The position numbers and the translations under genes are program-made. A stretch of 64,000 nucleotides of DNA, taken from the NCBI GenBank assembly GCA_030141605.1, contig JAQGDQ010000285.1, positions 1 to 64,000 on the forward strand. The letters run 5' to 3'. The notes below the pieces were generated by a model. That model was not told the origin of the DNA. It saw nothing but the letters and a program-made list of their open reading frames with translations, and did no database searches. This stretch comes from Tubiluchus corallicola. Its lineage: Eukaryota > Animalia > Priapulida. Shown here in pieces: positions 21,991-36,719 of the stretch (position 1 is the stretch's first letter; each line of letters begins with the position of its first letter).

Positions 21991-24900
21991 TATGAATATT
22001 CAAATAGATAATGGTATTATGCCAATGTTTGCGTTACAGTAATGTAACACTAGGATATTAAGGGTTAATTAAGTAATTCAGTACTCGATTCCAAGGTGGT
22101 CCCGATTATCATTATATTACCACTCGTTTCTTCGATAAACCCGCGTGTTTGGTCGAAGAACAAGCGGAACCGTTTTTAAGTCTTTCGTTATTTATGTCTC
22201 GGTCAGGAGTCGTACCCGCGACCTCTCGGGTGGGAAGCGAGCACGCTATCTGTACCAGAGATATGGGAGAGATAATATTTTTAACGTCTCTGAGCACCGT
22301 GTCGTGTCGAATCAGCTTTTTTAAGTTTTTCACGTAGGCTTATGACACGAGAGATAGGATGGAATATATAGTCTCATGATGCACGTTTATGTCAATGTCT
22401 CGCACTTTATTATCAAAAGGAAGCGCCCGTTTGCACTGAGCGGGTGCAAAATTAATTTGAGCCGATTAGCTAATAATTCGTTGCACATTAGTCTCTAGCT
22501 CTGCTGGAGCTATTAGTTTCCACTTAACGAAGTGCAATTCGCGAGGTGTATATTATATAATATCAGGCTTGCCAATGAATCAAACTGTTTGAAAACCAGT
22601 ATATACGTGGGTTCATAAACACAGAGTTAATTTCTTACTTCCTGCAATATTTGAAAGTCACTCTATTATAAGAAGCGTAGTCAGATTCTATACTCACTTC
22701 ATTGAAGATCGTTGCTTGTTTGTTATCTACAATACTCGATATACGTGACAAGAGAAGTGGTGTAGAAAGCTGAGCATTTGAACATTATTCTTAAGCTAAA
22801 CCCCATCGATTTTGGAATCTATCGCTGCATAAAATCATTGTCATCCGCCCGCAAAATTAATATCCAGAATAAACGGGCAAATTTGCGTATGCGTCGTAGT
22901 TTTGGTACGCATGTTGTAATGAAGTTTCGTTTTTACTCTCAAAACTAAATCTGAATTTTATTTGTGGTGTCAAAAAGTGTTTTAAAGGAGACCAATATAA
23001 GTATTATTGAGCATAAGTTTACTCAATCTCCAAAGGTTTTTTAATTCTGCATAAAGTAACGTAAGTTATACTCATCTGCCATATTATATTAGAAAGGCAT
23101 AGAAACTTGATAATAAGTAAGTGAGTGGATCAGTTCGTTAATGAATTAATGGTGCAGTTAATGATTATTTAACGATGAATTATAAATCGTTTAGTTGGGT
23201 TGTACAGTTAGTCATGACCTTGTGGCTTTACTGTTATGCGTAGAACAGATCTCATTTTCGTTGTTTTATTTAGAATTAATTAGCTATTGACTAGTTAACT
23301 GATTTTATTAAATATTTTTTACGTATTAAGTTATTTGTAAAGTATGATTTTTAAACGGGTCTGAAGTTTAAAAAAGTAGGCTGGCATTTTTTAAACCAAT
23401 TTCAAGGTCATACCAAGGCTAATCATACTCGGATTCAACAAAATTATATTTAATAAAAATGCATATAAGGGCTATTTAAATCTTTTCAAATGGAACTGTG
23501 GGACTCAAATATTGAAGAAAAGAATGTTTATCATTATTATGTTAGTTATTAGAAGAGGTGACAACTCATTTTTATATCAAGACCAAATGTTGTTTCCATG
23601 TCGTAGTGAAGAAAATCTGTATATCTCAAGAGAACATATATAGTTTGGAGTACAAGTTGTTAGTTTGCTTATGTTTCACTGAAATATCTTGGAAAGCATC
23701 CCCAAATAATATGCAATAATTATATTCTATAGAATTAACTCATTTCTTGTGTCAGAGTCAAGGTCACATTAGCATAATAATATACTGCTCATTTATATGT
23801 AGTTCATAAAAACTGTATCAAAATCAGTAACTTAACCGTAGCTCAATTAAAGATGCAGAGAATGTGACAAACGCAATCTGAAGGATTGACATTGACCAAT
23901 AGAGACCAAAATTTTAAAACGAACAAGGTTAAGTTTAAAGATATTTTTAATTGAGTGCATCCTGTTGTCAAAACAGTGACAGTGAATGAAGGGTACTGTA
24001 TCAAGGCATATTGTTTATGAAATACGTAAGAGACGGTTTTATTGTAAAAATGGGCATGAATGCCATTGAAATCATCACTGAGCGTAAGCAACTCAAGTCT
24101 CATGTGTGCTTATTATAATTATTACTTATTATATCACTGTAGTCCACATATGTCACTGCTTATGCGCTCCATTGTCGAACGTGCATCTTTAAAAACACAA
24201 ACAAAAAGACTGGAACCTTTCAAAAAGACGTATTCAGAAGACCAACGGGGAATATGGAGGCGAAATAAACACCAAAATCCAGCAGGCGTCATTCATAAAT
24301 GCAAATGAGGCCAAGTCACTGGGTTATAACGTCATAATAGATCAGTTACATAAATTGCCCAAAAATTTGTTTCGTAATTTTAAGGGGCGAATTAATTTAA
24401 TTGTCAGTCTTAATGACGAAATTTTCGTTTCGCTATCTTACATTAAATTTGATTTTGTCAATTAGGCTATGATGGTCAATACCCAGTTACTGACAATCAT
24501 ATTGAAAATACACTGAGCATGCGTGACCTTGCATGATACTATATAGACCATTATATACTTTTATATCAGCTGACAAGCATACGCACATTTATGCAGTCTA
24601 AAATCAGTCAAATGCTTCCTATTTTGACTTCAAAGCTGCGTCACTGGCTAGTTTGGGTTGTTTCTGCTGCACCTGAAGTTGATTCTGCCCCAATGAAATC
24701 ATCTTAGACTTTTTAGTGCGGTTCGTAACCAGGATGACCTGCAGCACATTTTCCACCACGAATTAAGACCTTCCTCAAAAGTCAGCATAAATCACTTTTT
24801 TGATAATTTACCACCAATTTTTGAAATGCGAACGCTCCATAAGATTTTGTCTGAATAGCATATCCGAGATAAGGGTCCTCCAAACTGTGCAAAATGCCAT

Positions 24901-25819
24901 TTTGGGCAGTTTGTGGGCAATGTAGATAAAAGCGATTTGGGGAAGGTCTGGGTACCTCCATATTTAAACGCCCCAACTGAAAAACTTCTCAGTCTCTGCA
25001 TTTGCATGGATATACCTATATAAGAAAGGCATCAAACTAACTTTCCCCAAAACCTATCTAGCTCCCCGTCTCTTATAGGTTACCAGCGTATAACGTGCGT
25101 ATTTCAGTTGAACGTCTACATGCAAGCATGAAACATAATACGTTCATTTGGTTCACTGGCTCACGAAACCTGATCATCTATCATGTTGCACGACAACATA
25201 ATTTATAACAGTATCTATAAAACTAACAATTCCTATGTCAACCAGAAATTTCACAACTACAGCTGTCGATTAGCATACTCTTTACTGATGTATCTACAAT
25301 CGAAAATTTAATGATGCATTTACCATTCACCTTTTTCAAAAATGAGTAAAATGACTTCAGTATGAGATAACTGAGTCATTTATATGAACATTGGTAGTAA
25401 ATAGTTACAAAGCAGGGGCCAAGCGAAGCTAAAATAAGGCACACGCACATAACACAATGCCTCCATAATGACAAAAGTGCATGCATTCATAACGTGCAAT
25501 TTCCGCACCGGGTTTTTTTTTGCTTCACTCGGTTCAGAGATACTAACTCTATAAGCACCTGAGCACCACTTTCGTAACTAATAAAGGTGCCATTATTATA
25601 TTTATAATACGTAAGGTTCATTAATGTTATATTTTCTTAACGAGGGAAATAACCGAGTTGTCATTGTATATGTTTCCTGGGCGGTGTCCTTTGACACACT
25701 GTCCCGGCTATTTAATTCGTTGAACAAGTTATAGTAACTAAGGAACAAAGTAGTACACTGTAGTTTTATTTCGAAGTTCGCAGAACACACATACTATAAT
25801 ATAAAAATATATAGACTAA

Positions 25820-25974
25820 AGTTTACAATTCCTCCACACAAGAAATTTGTTCCAGAAGCGGATCAAAATTAGGGCTATGATTATGATTAGGGTTAGGGTT
25901 AGGGATAGGGTTGGGTTAGCGTTAGGGTTACGGATAGGGTTAGGGTATTTAAATCTTGTGGGGAATTATAAACT
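25820..25974. mobile_element. Small TIR element (MITE-like) filled with telomere-like (TTAGGG)n
   Basis: agtttacaattcctccacacaaga ... tcttgtggggaattataaact are imperfect inverted repeats; ~10 degenerate TTAGGG units lie between them (25887-25946). Confidence 0.65.
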
Positions 25975-27505
25975 CCTTCCAATATTTGTTTTGTGTGGTT
26001 AACAAACCCGTTTTTGTTCAAAATAGTTACAATTGATTCACGAAAATTACAGAGTTTTGCCACAGGAAGACCGACGTCAGTTTAGCTGAAGGATTCGCAA
26101 AGTAATACATTTGCTTACAAAAAACTAAAAAACACTAAATTAAGAAGTGGCGATAAACAGATATGTATCTGTGGGTGCTTGTCTTAATTCTGAAATTGAA
26201 GGGAAAGGGAAAGAAGATCCTATTAAAGAATTCTAGAGGTATGATACCTGGTGGTAAAATTGGTAAGAAAGCGGTCTATTATAGTATAAGAATGGTGAAC
26301 TGTTGCAAAACAAACTGAAAATTAAATTACATCAGAATTAACTTTGGTAATTAAACTGTACAATTGCTAGAAACCGAAGCAAACAGCGATGACATCATCT
26401 TGAAACTCAGAACAGCTCGTTTACGCACTAGTCCCAAAAACTTGGTTTGCGCCAACTAATTCAGACAAAGTAGGAAAAATAAAGTCATAATAATTGTTTT
26501 ACCTAATTAATAAGAAATAGCCTAACAATTGTTTAGAATATCTTACCTGCCGTATATACTTTACCAGATGTCCCAGCAAACATGCAATCCTATGACGCAA
26601 AACAGTAGGCCTACATAATATTCTGCGCTTGTAAGTGTTACTCAATTTATTTAGGAAAAGCACGGAGGAGAAAGTTTGGTCAAAGCACGCATGCGTGTTA
26701 GGTGTGTCAGTGCGATGCGATGCGTCCCGCTGTGCGTGGTAACGCGCGAAGCAATTAAAGTTGTAAAGAATCTTGAACCGCAATTAACCGACAGGGAGCA
26801 TTAGTCAAACGTTTGTATTAGAAAATAATTTCATCCAGTTTGAGACAATTATTAGTTTACACAAAATGAATTGTTGACACTAATATATCTTTCGATGCAA
26901 TAAGCAATTAATATCCAGTAGACAACAACGTAAGCCTGCCCAGCTGCTCTTAATAGAAATTGGGCTAAATAAAAAGTTCACATTTATCTAATTGGACTGA
27001 AGTAAAATACTAGAAGTACTTTACAAGAGCTTTACTAGTAGTACTAGGAAAAATATTAGTAGTACTTTACATTACAAAGAATGATTAATTTACCATACAG
27101 ACGCAATTAACTTTCGTGAGCATTCCGTGGATTTGATGAATCTGTGATGTTTTGATTAAAATGCTTAACATTTTCTTCTGCCTATCTAAGTTTACAAACA
27201 AAGCCTTACTGAGCATATATTTCTCCTATAAATGTCACTCATAACATTATCCAAATTTATTATGCATGAAAAGCTATGGAAATATGCATACTAGATTAAT
27301 TACTTTCATAGGAATTTCATGTTCGTTTTCAACTTCAAGTTCAATATATTTGTCTCATTGATATTGTTAGTAAGATTTTGCATACCGTGATTTTCTTGTG
27401 CAGAAACAATAAAAACTTATTTGTATTATTTTCATTGTAAGCCCTTTCACCATAACACACGAAACTATTGTAAATGTGTAATGTGAAATAAATGACTTAT
27501 GACCC

Positions 27506-27880
27506 TAAATGCTATGCCAATGTGGTGACACTAGTGGCACGATGTAGGCTGCACAAGTAGCGTAACTTCCATGCTCTAAACATTTTGCCAATGTTGTGAC
27601 GCTAGTGGCACGATGTGGGTTGAACAACTTTCATGCATTAAATGCTGTGCCAATGTGGTCACACTAGTGGCACGATGTAAGCTGCGCAAGTAGCACAACT
27701 TTCATGCTCTAAATGCTGTGTCAATGTGGTGGCACTAGTGTGTTGTGACAGTGTGATGACACTAGTGGCACGATGTCACACATCTGCTGCACAAGTAACA
27801 TAACTTCCACCCACTAAATGCTGTAGCAATGTGGTGACACTAGTGGCACAATGTGGTGGCACGATGTGGGCTGCACAAGT
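27506..27880. repeat. Degenerate ~70-bp minisatellite, about 5 copies
   Basis: Recurrent taaatgctgtgccaatgtggtgacactagtggcacgatgt...gcacaagtagc..aacttccatgc. Confidence 0.85.
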
Positions 27881-28639
27881 TTATTCCTAAATACTGACAA
27901 TGTGAAAAATGCTGCTAAATGAGACAGAAAATTACCCTCGACCCAAGACTGATGATTCTATCAATGCCCTTTCTTGAGTTCGATAAATTTTCACTCTTGA
28001 TCTCAACTCTGGTTATCTTCAGTGTTAATAAAAACTGTGTTATAAGCAACTTTGCATCTTTCTTCTTAGTGTATTTCACTTTTACTAACGACACTGTTTG
28101 TTTTATTGTTTTTTATTTTCAAATATACGCGACGTATAATCACGTATTTGTCTTTGGGGCTATTACTTTTCTTGTGCCATCCGTAGTTAATGATACGGAT
28201 AATGTTATTATAATTATCATAGAATTGAAATTGCACGCCAGATAAACTAAGACAGCTTTTGTCGTTTAAGGCATTTGATAATTTAGAACTACACCCTTTT
28301 GTCTTCTCAATGCTGTTAGGTTTCTACGACATTTTCCGTTTCACTTCTACGATCTATGGAAATGGTCCTGTCTAATATTATATTAATGTTCGGTCTTATG
28401 TGTAGTTTAATGACATATTAATTGATTAAGGTCGGCGGCTGGCCTACATTACTTGGTGCGCGCGTCTCCAGGAATTAAGTTTTTTGTTTGAACTTCAGGG
28501 TCTTACTCACACTGAAGAGAGGGGTCCTCGAAACGCACGCATACAGCCCATGTTAATCAAATTAATATAGTTTCTATTCTATGTACAAACCCACAGTTAA
28601 TTAAATTTTGAAATAAAAAATTTGATTTTGAAATCAAAT

Positions 28640-29250
28640 CTCGGAACACAGGCTGGATTTGAACCAGGAACCTTCTGCATACAGGGAAATGTCTAACCCG
28701 CTAAACTAACATGCTCCTCAACGATAATGCCAAGATACTTTATCCCTTATAGCTGGCCAAGCAGTTCAATATTTCCAATAATTGATTACTCACGCTAGGC
28801 ATAGACATAGACATTTATTTTCTCCAATAATGTCACAAATATTTTATTTTACAGTAATACTTTACTTCGTCCAAGGAGATGGGGTGAGCAAAGACGGTGG
28901 GTCATCCGATCACTCACCCTGGTCGCTAGAATGATATTAACTATTCAGATTAATTTTAATTATTTTTGAGCCCAAGATTAATTGTGGGTGTTTGCCGTCA
29001 TTAATAATGATCTTGAATTTTAATATTATAAATAATTAATTTCCCATTGGAACTTCAGGTTCAAAATTAAGATGAATCTAATTGCAGTTGTTAATACAAT
29101 TAGTTGGAATCATCTTGCGGGAGCGACCTAACATTTGACATGGTGACCTAGCTAGCCAAGCCAGCTATAAAGGATGAACTTTGAACTTAGTGGTCTTAGA
29201 TATCTGCTTTGTGGGCAAACGGTCCCGGTTCAACACCAGACTCAGTTCCA
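28640..29250. mobile_element. Two inverted copies of a tRNA-like SINE head
   Basis: The reverse complement of 28640-28760 aligns with 29160-29250 (gccagctataa.gga...ggttagacat...ggttcaaatccag). Confidence 0.5.
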
Positions 29251-29479
29251 ACTTTTTAGTTTTTCAGTTTGCGTTACCTCTAGGCCTACTCTATTATTTG
29301 AAAATTTTCTGAAAATTTCCGATTTTCTTGAAATTGCATGCAGTAAGAAAGTTCATTTCACAGTTTTTCTCCACGCGTCCAGTTAGCTGCTGCTACTTTG
29401 TTAGTTTATACGGCTGCATAACAATGTCTAAATATACGCTATACTTGCTATATTCTCATATACAAAGTACAATTAATAG

Positions 29480-29985
29480 TCAATGCAATGTCAGACCTAT
29501 TTGTATTTTTTTAGTAAAGTTCTACTAGCCATTTCAAAATCTGAAAATATACGCATGTATAAAATAAATATGTGCGTGCGTTACTTTTCTTTTCCACGAA
29601 TATATACTACAGCCATCGATGTTGCATTAATAAAACATAAAATCGTCAGTCGGTTAAAAGAAAGATTAAATCTTAGAATTTCATGTTGAAATGTGCTAAT
29701 AACTGTTGTTTGTTAAATAAGAAAGAAGTAATTGAGTACGTAGTTAAATTTAAAACTGAATTGTGCGAGGATTCCTTATGAAAACGGAACATGCAGTAGT
29801 TCTACAATGCGGCAAAATTCCTCACGAGGAGGACGCATAGCTTCTAGCTGGCGGCAGAATTCCTTACGAGGAATTTTGCAGCGCGTCCTCACTGTGAAAT
29901 GCGCCATAGAAAACAATGTGTTCCATTTTCGTGAGGAATTTCGTCTCGAGGCGTTTTTCTGCGGGTCCTCACTGTGAAATGGGCC
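29480..29985 (+). mobile_element. 5'-truncated copy of the Harbinger-type MITE at 49033-49954
   Basis: Collinear similarity with 49450-49954; ends in ctcactgtgaaatgggcc followed by taa. Confidence 0.75.
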
Positions 29986-32911
29986 TAAGTTTTACAGGAA
30001 TGATATGCACGCAGTGTTGATATAATGGTTTACCACTATGTTGTAGTAAATGCAGATGTGGCTACTTAATTCAGGCTAATAAAAGATTAATCATCATCGC
30101 ATTGAGCTGCGTAATTTGATGATCACGCAAATTGTTAATTGACTTTATAACTCTGCGACAGCTGAAACTGAATGTCATCCCTAGAATGACCTAGTCTAAA
30201 TTTATGAAAAGTATCGTACGTAATAGCAAGTTTAAAGGTTACGCACATATGTACGTTTTGGATTATTTGTTTCGAGGAAGGAGTTATATGGAGTATAGAA
30301 GCTAGGTTTGTTCTTTCTCCTTATAGGTAGCTAGGAGGGTAACTAAGTTTAGTTCATTATATATTAAATAAAGTGAACAATACACATTAAAATATATACA
30401 TGTACACACGCACATATACATCATATAAAAACACGCATTACACATTAAAATATGTACACACATAGAAAAGCAGCATAATAATGTAAGGCGGTGTGGGGGA
30501 GACACAAAAGAGCAAACGCTTCTTACATGTGCCGGTAAAGTTTGCATTTCGAGCTTTTACCAATGGCGCACCATTTACAATTTTTAGTAAACTATTCTAA
30601 ATCAGAACAACTTTATTAGAAAAAATGACCAAATATTTTTAGCAGATCGCCTGACATACTGTTAGGTTAACTGCTGCATAGGAGAAGGGATCAAATGCTT
30701 CCATCTCCTATTTGAACAATACTAAAAATAATTGATCAAACTTCATGTATTATACTAAATTGTACTCATTGCAAAAACCGCACCTTTTCCATTCTAACTC
30801 TTCCTATTTCACTAGTTGCACATAGTCTAACCTTCAAACTCTTCTTCGAAACATTTCTCTTTTCACACTTAAGAGTGAGTTTGCTAACTCCTTGTTATTT
30901 ATTTCTATATGAACGCGCCACAGTATGACAATCAGTGGCGTCACAGCTTCTATTTTCCTTAATTTCACATCGTAAAAAATGTAATTGCCTATGCATGCTG
31001 GAGTATTTTGTGTATTGTGTGAACAAATAAACTAAACTAACTAAAGAGCAAATGAGCTAATAGTAAAGTGCGTAACTTGAACATTCACATAAACTGTTAC
31101 AGTTATATAATTTCTGTTAACTTTTTGAAACTAGTGAGTTTTTAATCTATTATGGAAGCTCAATAATTTGTGGATTCTATTTTGTTCATTTCTTGCAAAG
31201 TTAATCGTTTCAAAAAAAATCATGAGAAGCATTAACAGTTGTCATGAATCTTTTTTTTTCGTAAAGATTTATACTACGTATGTATGATTGATGGGGCAGA
31301 TCCATTTATATGTTATAATGAAACCCCAATAATGCATAAGGCTGATTCATTTAACTGGCATATTTAAAGACTGTATTACCAGAGTGGAAAATTGACACTG
31401 TTACAATCTGTGCAGTGATCTGTTGAATTTTTATGAAAAGTGTCTCTTACGATGAAAGGTGTGACAGTGATAGCTTTCAAACGTTAATGTGACAACACCA
31501 CCACTACAAACAACAACAAGCTGTAAGAATCTTGTACTTCGACCCGTATAACCCCCTCCCCGATTCTTTTTTAGTTCTATAAATCAGCAGCGAATCTGTT
31601 GGAATAGTTGTCGCAAGCAAGTTACCACAATCATTGTTTTGTTTTGTACTTACCGTTTTTGTAATAACCTATAACTCAGGCAATTCACTTTCAGAACTAA
31701 TTATTTTCCTTTGTAGAAAACAGAAATTGTGCAGAAAAATAATTCGTCCTATATCATGAAAAATTCTGCATTTCAGAGATGCTGAAGTGCAAGATACATT
31801 TTTGCAGTATAGTAATGATAAAAGACCTATTATTGCTTATTGGTTGGTTCTTCTAAACAACGGCGCAATAGAACAAACCACTTTTGATGCAATTTTGGTT
31901 ATAAAATGTAATTTCTATTGGTCTGCACGTTTCTGCATTAGACGTAACGACTCTAATCAATTTTTGCTGATTAATCCAGCAAGTAATCCAGGCATGCCGT
32001 TGGTCACAACGTTGTGATATGGTACTCATCTGGACAGTGCACTGCTATCATTTTAGAAGCTGTCCAAATGTTGTCGGTTTTCAGGTCAGTGTATTAGCAT
32101 GCAGTACATGTACCAATATTATACAGAAATTGCTTATGGTATTGTATGTCATTAAGTTTAACAAGATAATCAATAAAACTATTAAATCAAAAGATAATCA
32201 ACCCAGAAATGGTTGAAAGCAATAACTGCTTAGATGCGTGGCAGTAACTTAACTCATTTATACAGAGGTGATCCATGTCTTGAATATAGTGTTCTAAAAT
32301 TAATAAGCTTTAAAATGCAAAGTAAATGCAAATTAATGTAAAAGCTGAGAGAAACAGATTTGTTAACACTTGTATTCTTTCAATTAGAAGGATCATCAAA
32401 AACTTCCTCTCCTAACTACTAGCTTAATATAAAGTAAAGGTCTTTGTCACACTTCTTTTTGTCACTTTTTTGTTATTCCTGTAGATGTATGGAGGAGCAA
32501 AAACATCTGCGAACATCAGCAGACCACTGCTAAATATTCTAATTAGGACTGTGACACAGGTTACCTCCTTCACCGTTTTGCTGATTTGCAATTTATTACA
32601 CAAATTGTCTTGTTAGTAAAAACATAACTGGACTGTAGTGCACAGTGTATCATAGTACAGACTTCTTATTGGAATTAGTTAATAACCTAATTATCATAAC
32701 AACATTGCGCTGGAGCTAGAATTTAGCTACCAACAGCATTAAACAATGTAAGCAGTCAGCAAAAGAACATTAACAGCAATTTATAAAATAAGATGAAGCT
32801 GGCATTTTATTCACTGTATTCAGAATTCTTCATGAACGAGCTTTACTACGAAATTTTACAAAGAATTAATCTAACATACAAAAATTTACAGCACAAGCGA
32901 GTTAGCCAGTT

Positions 32912-33009
32912 TCAGTGAGCTGGAGGTGCATCTCCATTCACCGGCTTTCGGGATAACCGTCTATTCTCTTGTACGTTCCAATCGTAATACAAGTATCCAA
33001 TGATGAAAG
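32912..33009 (-). CDS. UQCRQ: Cytochrome b-c1 complex subunit 8, coding exon 3
   Basis: Acceptor tttttcag, then (P)FIIGYLYYDWNVQENRRLSRKPVNGDAPPAH*; matches the QCR8 C-terminus (PPF..GYL.YDW...E..RL.RK). Confidence 0.9.
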
Positions 33010-33302
33010 CTGAAAAATAAAAAACAAATGAACAATAAAACCAAAGAAATTTGTCGTGTGACAAGTAAAGAAATGTCAGCGAGTTTACAAAAAATAAGGG
33101 AAAATAATTTCATGGCTGTGTCAGTTCCAGGCTATAAATATACCACAAGTGTTACTAATTCTGACTAATCACAATTAAAATATCTGTTTAAACAAGTGAA
33201 TGCAGATTAATGATAACACTGATTCTGCATTGTATTTATACATTTATTGGAAAATTATTGTTCATGGCTGACATTAAATCGTAATTAAATAATCATACAT
33301 AC

Positions 33303-33371
33303 GCGGCACAACTTTCAACACTGATGTCTTGAACCGCCATATAGTGTTAGGAATAATCTTGGTAAAATAAC
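33303..33371 (-). CDS. UQCRQ: Cytochrome b-c1 complex subunit 8, coding exon 2
   Basis: tttcag|(G)YFTKIIPNTIWRFKTSVLKVVP|gtatgt; 69 nt, phase 1 to phase 1. Confidence 0.9.
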
Positions 33372-34214
33372 CTGAAACAAACAAGCAAACAAATTATTAT
33401 ATTATTTCATTGAAAAGTTTGCTATAAAGCACATATGTAACATACTGGGCTGCTGTTTAGATAAATAGACAAGAGATTCTAAGGTAACTCAGAGCATTTA
33501 AAAACAACCAGTTATTCAAATCATCAGGTATGTTATGAATTTATGCCAAAGATAGAATTATGCAAACAATTTGCAGTTATATGTGAGACTAGTACATTGT
33601 TGTATTTGATTTCAAAACTAATTGTCTCGAAGCTTGATGAGCAACTGACTGTCATACACCACCGGTTGTCTAGAGTTGATTAACTGACTACTAAGTACTC
33701 AAACAAGTGAAAACTGCTCAAACAATAAAATAATTATGTAACAGTGGGCTTTCTAGTGTAATACATTATTAAAACATCTTGCTTTTAAAAAACAATATGA
33801 AGCAAATTTGATGCATCTATTCTCTTTATCGTTTCCCAAACATAGCACAGCTCTATCCACATATACAGGTTACTTAAACTTCTTAAGTGGCAACTCCCAA
33901 ATCAGAAGCAACATCTTATCAATCATGTATGTATAACCATGCATAAAATTCCACCATCCAACTATGAGATGGAGCAAAAGCGAGTGATTTAGTAAGATTC
34001 AAGTCGGGAAGGAACAGGAGGTTTTCCTCATTTCAATTTAGTGTGAGTTAAAAAAATAAAAGTGCACAGATATAGGCAGTAGCTGAATTTTTGGCACATT
34101 TTCGCAAAAAGGTCATTGCTGCTTAGATTTTGGCTAATGTGCTAAACTGAGGTTTATAATATTACAAGCGATGTCATTAGACATTTTTAGCAATTTAAAA
34201 AAAAATTAAATTAC

Positions 34215-34302
34215 CTGCAAATGCTTTTTGCTCATATGGAGATAATGAGTAATAGACGATTCCTCTAACTTTTGCAGGTAGTTCACCAAAGTGTAGGCCC
34301 AT
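34215..34302 (-). CDS. UQCRQ: Cytochrome b-c1 complex subunit 8, coding exon 1
   Basis: MGLHFGELPAKVRGIVYYSLSPYEQKAFA|gtaa carries the QCR8 motif YSLSP(F/Y)EQ; the spliced product is 84 aa. Confidence 0.92.
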
Positions 34303-36719
34303 TTGGATCAGCTTATGTCAAAGTTCCTAAAACTGAAAATTGGCATTTTGTTTGAAAAGTTGCTACTAGTTAATCAAATACATATCAATGTCATTGTCCT
34401 GATAAAAACATGCTTCATGTGGAAAAAAAACAGTCACTCTACTGTCAGCTCAGTCTACAGAACATACTTAGTTGTCGTTATGGAATCAAAGAGGTGACAT
34501 GAGAACATGGGTGTGCAAGATGCATAAAAAAATAAATATCATGGGAGAGCTTCAGCAAGACCATAAAAGGCTGAAAAAACTGCTCGAATTTGTGGGAAAG
34601 TAACAAGTGAAACAATTTTGTCTCTAGTACGTATTAAATTTACAGCAAAATCGGAAATCAGGCCAATTCCGTTTTAAGTAGATATTTCCGTTTTAGCTGC
34701 CCAGTTCCATGAATTCCGTCCGTTTTCCGTGATATGGAAAATCGGAGGACCTATTTACGCAACTGAATAGACCACGTGGCAAAAAACAAAATATAATAAT
34801 TTAATGAAAAATGTGCAATGATACTCGATCAAATACATAAAGTATATAGGTAACCGAATAGGCAATGAAATAAGAGAACCAAATCAAATCAAAACAGAAG
34901 AATAAAGTATACATGAAGAAATAAAAAGCGAAACAAAATATGCATGTCAACTGGTACCAATAACTAAATAAATTAAGTAGCATTACCGTAGATCAACAGG
35001 GCGAAGCATGATACTCAACCAAATATGGTAAGTATAAAAATGAATAAACTACTGAACAAAAGGACAAAACATAAAGTAACAGAAATGGAGCATAATGTAG
35101 AAAAGTTATTTATGTGAGAACAGTTCGTCTATAGACGTAAATGGAATGGAATATTAAAGGAAACAGATTTATGACAAAATGATACACCCACACATTAGAG
35201 TAGAACTAACAAATAAATAGTTTATTGAGGAACAACACAACAAACGCTGTCTGCGACAATGCCCAACCATGGTGTTAAGAATAAGACTACCCGAGAATGA
35301 GTCAATGAGTGTTCCGCACGAGTTTACCTTACAAAAGTTATAGGGACCTTGAGTTGAACTCGGCTGCCGGCCTTTTTCAAAGATACCGTAAAGCAATTGA
35401 TTGATGTCATGTACGGATGTATTTGGTGATTGGTTCCACGGAGTTAACAACACGGAAAGCGAAAAAATGGGAACAGATATTAGATCGGGAACAAACAGTT
35501 TCGAGTGACGTCCTCGGATTATATCAAGACACGCTGATTTACCTAACTTCAGTATTTTTTATTATAGTGAAATAAATTCACACACGTCACATCAAATCTC
35601 TTACCGAAATTCTTTGACAAAAAGTATGATAGTTTCCAAAGTCAAAAAAGGCAATACCTCCTCAAGCAATAAGCACAGTTAGCGCACATTTGAAAATGTT
35701 CGAAGCCAAAGAACCGTGTATTCAATTTCAATTTATTGGAAATTATTTTCGGGACCGCCTTCTACGATAGTAGCAAATTCAAAATTTCAATTTTTCCAAT
35801 TCAATTTAATTTGCGTTTTTATTTCCATATACACAATATAAATGAAATAAAGTAATGATAATTAAATTATTCATCACGAAGACGGGATGGTGATTGGCGA
35901 ACAACATTATAGTCGATGAATTGAGTCATTTTTCAATACATGAAAGTATTATTGGGATGGCTCATAAGTGTAACGACTACCGATTAATGAAATAATCTTG
36001 TCAGATACAACCTCTCATAATACAAATTATTATGAAAGGTTGTATTGCTGCTGCCACTGCAAAATATCCAGACACTTTAAGGTAAGAATCTGTGAACATC
36101 AAGCTGTATTGTCTAGAAATAGTTCATCTAGCATTCACGACCATAGTTGTGCCTCTGGTCACTAGGGGTGAGCATTCTTTATCAGATAGCAAATTCGAAT
36201 CAAACCGAATTTCAAGCTTTCGAGTCCGAATCAAATTCGAACTCAGTTTTTTCGAATATTTCAAATCATTAACAAAAACCAGTATTGCAAAGCACATGTA
36301 TTATGCTTGATTTTGTTCTGCAGTAAAAATGCTACTATTCATTTATAAATTGTGCACAGAAATCATGACTAAATTATGCTGTTTCAAACGTTTTAATGCT
36401 AAAGAATATCATGTAGTTGAACCGGTGAGTTATTCAAACCCATAATAATTTAGGTTGGAACCGAATTTGAACGTTCTAACTGGAACGTTCGGTGCTTCTC
36501 TCCCTACTGGCCACTGATTTAAATACGTAATAACTAATCATTGTGACAGAACTTCAAACAACTGGGATCTATTAATAAAAGAAAGCTTACCATGTATTTT
36601 AATAATTAAGCCGTCTCTTAATGTGCAAATTAGTTCAATTTCACTAATTTTGTTTTCAAACGCTCAGCTATAGTTTTATTTATATACTAGCCAAACCCCA
36701 CAAAAAGAATTTTGTGCAC

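Noticed and set aside
21771-22042. Poly-Leu, poly-Cys and poly-Thr ORFs
   Set aside because: Trinucleotide repeat read in different frames.
31250-32560. Possible plus-strand exons converging on UQCRQ
   Set aside because: Some AG/GT-bounded stretches exist, but I could not assemble a consistent frame or recognise a domain.
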